Shown: one piece after another, positions 62,842-64,000 of the stretch
Numbering within the stretch: the first letter of the stretch is position 1
Layout: every line of letters begins with the position of its first letter
Assembly (NCBI GenBank): GCA_965226795.1
Contig: CBDDDZ010000005.1
Span: 1,568,001 to 1,632,000 of the forward strand
DNA from: Candidatus Latescibacterota bacterium
Lineage (GTDB): Bacteria > Latescibacterota > UBA2968 > GCA-2709665
Reading direction: 5' to 3'
Length of the DNA stretch: 64,000 nt
Notes under the pieces: generated by a model
What the model was told of the DNA's origin: nothing
The model's input: only the letters and a program-made list of their open reading frames with translations
The model's database searches: none
Made by a program: the position numbers and the translations under genes

Positions 62842-62877
62842 ATTCACGTATGAGCGGGATATTAAAGCCACCTCGTC

Positions 62878-63747
62878 CTAATTAGCGCGTTCCACCGCAC
62901 CGCGGACCGCGCGGCGGGTCAATACCCCAGACAGGTGAATTCGTTGCTCAATGGTACCACGCATATCCGTAATGGGTCTGGCGGCTCGTCGGGCGATCTC
63001 GGCTGCCTCTTCGATCGTTTGATCCGTCACCTCGTTGCCTGCGAGAACCGCTCCCGCTTCGGGCAGGTAAAGAGGGGTGGGCGCCACTGCGCCCACGGCG
63101 ATCCTCGCGGACTCGAACGCGTTTTTTTCGGCGTTCAACACCACCGACGCCGCGGCGTTGACAACGGCGATATCCATTTCGTTCCGGGGAATAAACCGGA
63201 GGAAATAGGCCCCGGAGTTGGCTGCGGGCGGCGGAAAATGGACGGAAATCAGGAACTCGCCGTCCTGCAACACGGACTGCCCGGGTGCCGTGCAGAAGTC
63301 CTCCACAGCGACGTCTCGCGCACCGCCGGGACCGGCGATTTTCGCGGTGGCCCCCAGGACGATCAGCGTCGGAATGGTATCCGCCGCGGGGGACGCATTA
63401 CACAGGTTTCCGCCGATAGTGGCCCGGCCCTGTATCTGAATGGAACCGATGAGTGCGGTGGAATCCACGAGAGCCGGGTAATTTGACGCCACATCCTCGT
63501 TTTCGTAGATGTCGCAGCACGACACTCCGGCGCCGATCGTCAACCCCTGTTGAGAATCGAACGAGAGTTCGTTCGCCTCAGGTATCTTCTTGACGTCCAC
63601 CAGAACCTTCACCCGGCGTCGCCCCTCTTTCAACTGTGCAATAATGTCGGAACCGCCCGCCAACATCCTGGCATCCGAGCCGTTTTCCGAAAGCACTGCG
63701 ACGACTTCGTCGACGGTTTGAGGCGCTACGTAATCGAACGCTTGCAA
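62878..63747 (-). CDS. Xanthine dehydrogenase family FAD-binding subunit
   Basis: LAGGSD, ATIGGNLCNASPAAD, VGAVAPTP, PITDMRGT. Confidence 0.94.
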   Translation of the reverse strand: MQAFDYVAPQTVDEVVAVLSENGSDARMLAGGSDIIAQLKEGRRRVKVLVDVKKIPEANELSFDSQQGLTIGAGVSCCDIYENEDVASNYPALVDSTALIGSIQIQGRATIGGNLCNASPAADTIPTLIVLGATAKIAGPGGARDVAVEDFCTAPGQSVLQDGEFLISVHFPPPAANSGAYFLRFIPRNEMDIAVVNAAASVVLNAEKNAFESARIAVGAVAPTPLYLPEAGAVLAGNEVTDQTIEEAAEIARRAARPITDMRGTIEQRIHLSGVLTRRAVRGAVERAN

Positions 63748-63824
63748 GGTTCGCTCCTCCTGTACAATGTTGGGGGATCGTCCAGCAGCTACGATACACC
63801 TGAATGGACTTGGGATTGCGCGTA

Positions 63825-63853
63825 AGAATAAGCTTTCGTCGGCGTGTTGTCAA
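63825..63853 (-). promoter_or_regulatory. Putative sigma70 promoter of the xdh-like operon
   Basis: TTGACA-17nt-TATTCT on the minus strand. Confidence 0.6.
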
Positions 63854-64000
63854 GGGTTTTCGGGGTACCGTCCGCGGCCGCCTTCCCGCCTGCCCTTGCC
63901 GGAAAGGAACCCCATTTCCAGGCGCGATTCCATGTGATCCGTGACACATCAATCCGCAGGGGTACCCGCTTTCGGGCGACTTGCACCTAGAATGGTATAT

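Overview
Bacterial chromosome segment, moderately GC-rich, with nearly all genes on the minus strand. The left part (1-8034) is a core cluster: DUF512/PDZ Fe-S protein, der, MerR-like regulator, rimP-nusA-infB and the start of a DUF503-like gene. nusA carries 12 tandem 30-bp repeats encoding EEEAVAAAV(A/T). An accessory region (about 8.2-33.0 kb) lies downstream of a tRNA-Gly(CCC) and contains a defence-island-like block (about 10.5-29.2 kb). That block holds a PLD-nuclease/SNF2 helicase, two AbrB-PIN toxin-antitoxin pairs, a 1149-aa adenine methyltransferase, an HNH nuclease, a roughly 1550-aa REase-STAND NTPase broken by three frameshifts, an MNT plus YgiT-type Zn finger, a short DprA/SLOG protein, an inactivated IS256-family element with 8-bp TSD, and a PD-(D/E)XK nuclease with an internal stop. 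The right part is mostly housekeeping and metabolism: miaA, mutL, class III aminotransferase, heparinase II/III, hpt, UDG, rtcB-CobW-archease-mobA, PBP1A, class I aldolase, folE, ychF, and a xanthine-dehydrogenase-family operon with two large subunits. The most unusual signal is a set of tiny palindromic insertions (CCTG[C/T]CTGC...CAGGCAGG, 19-36 bp) inserted at G^C with no target duplication, twice in the IS256 transposase and once in a roughly 170-bp MITE family present in four copies. All calls come from reading motifs; no database searches were run.
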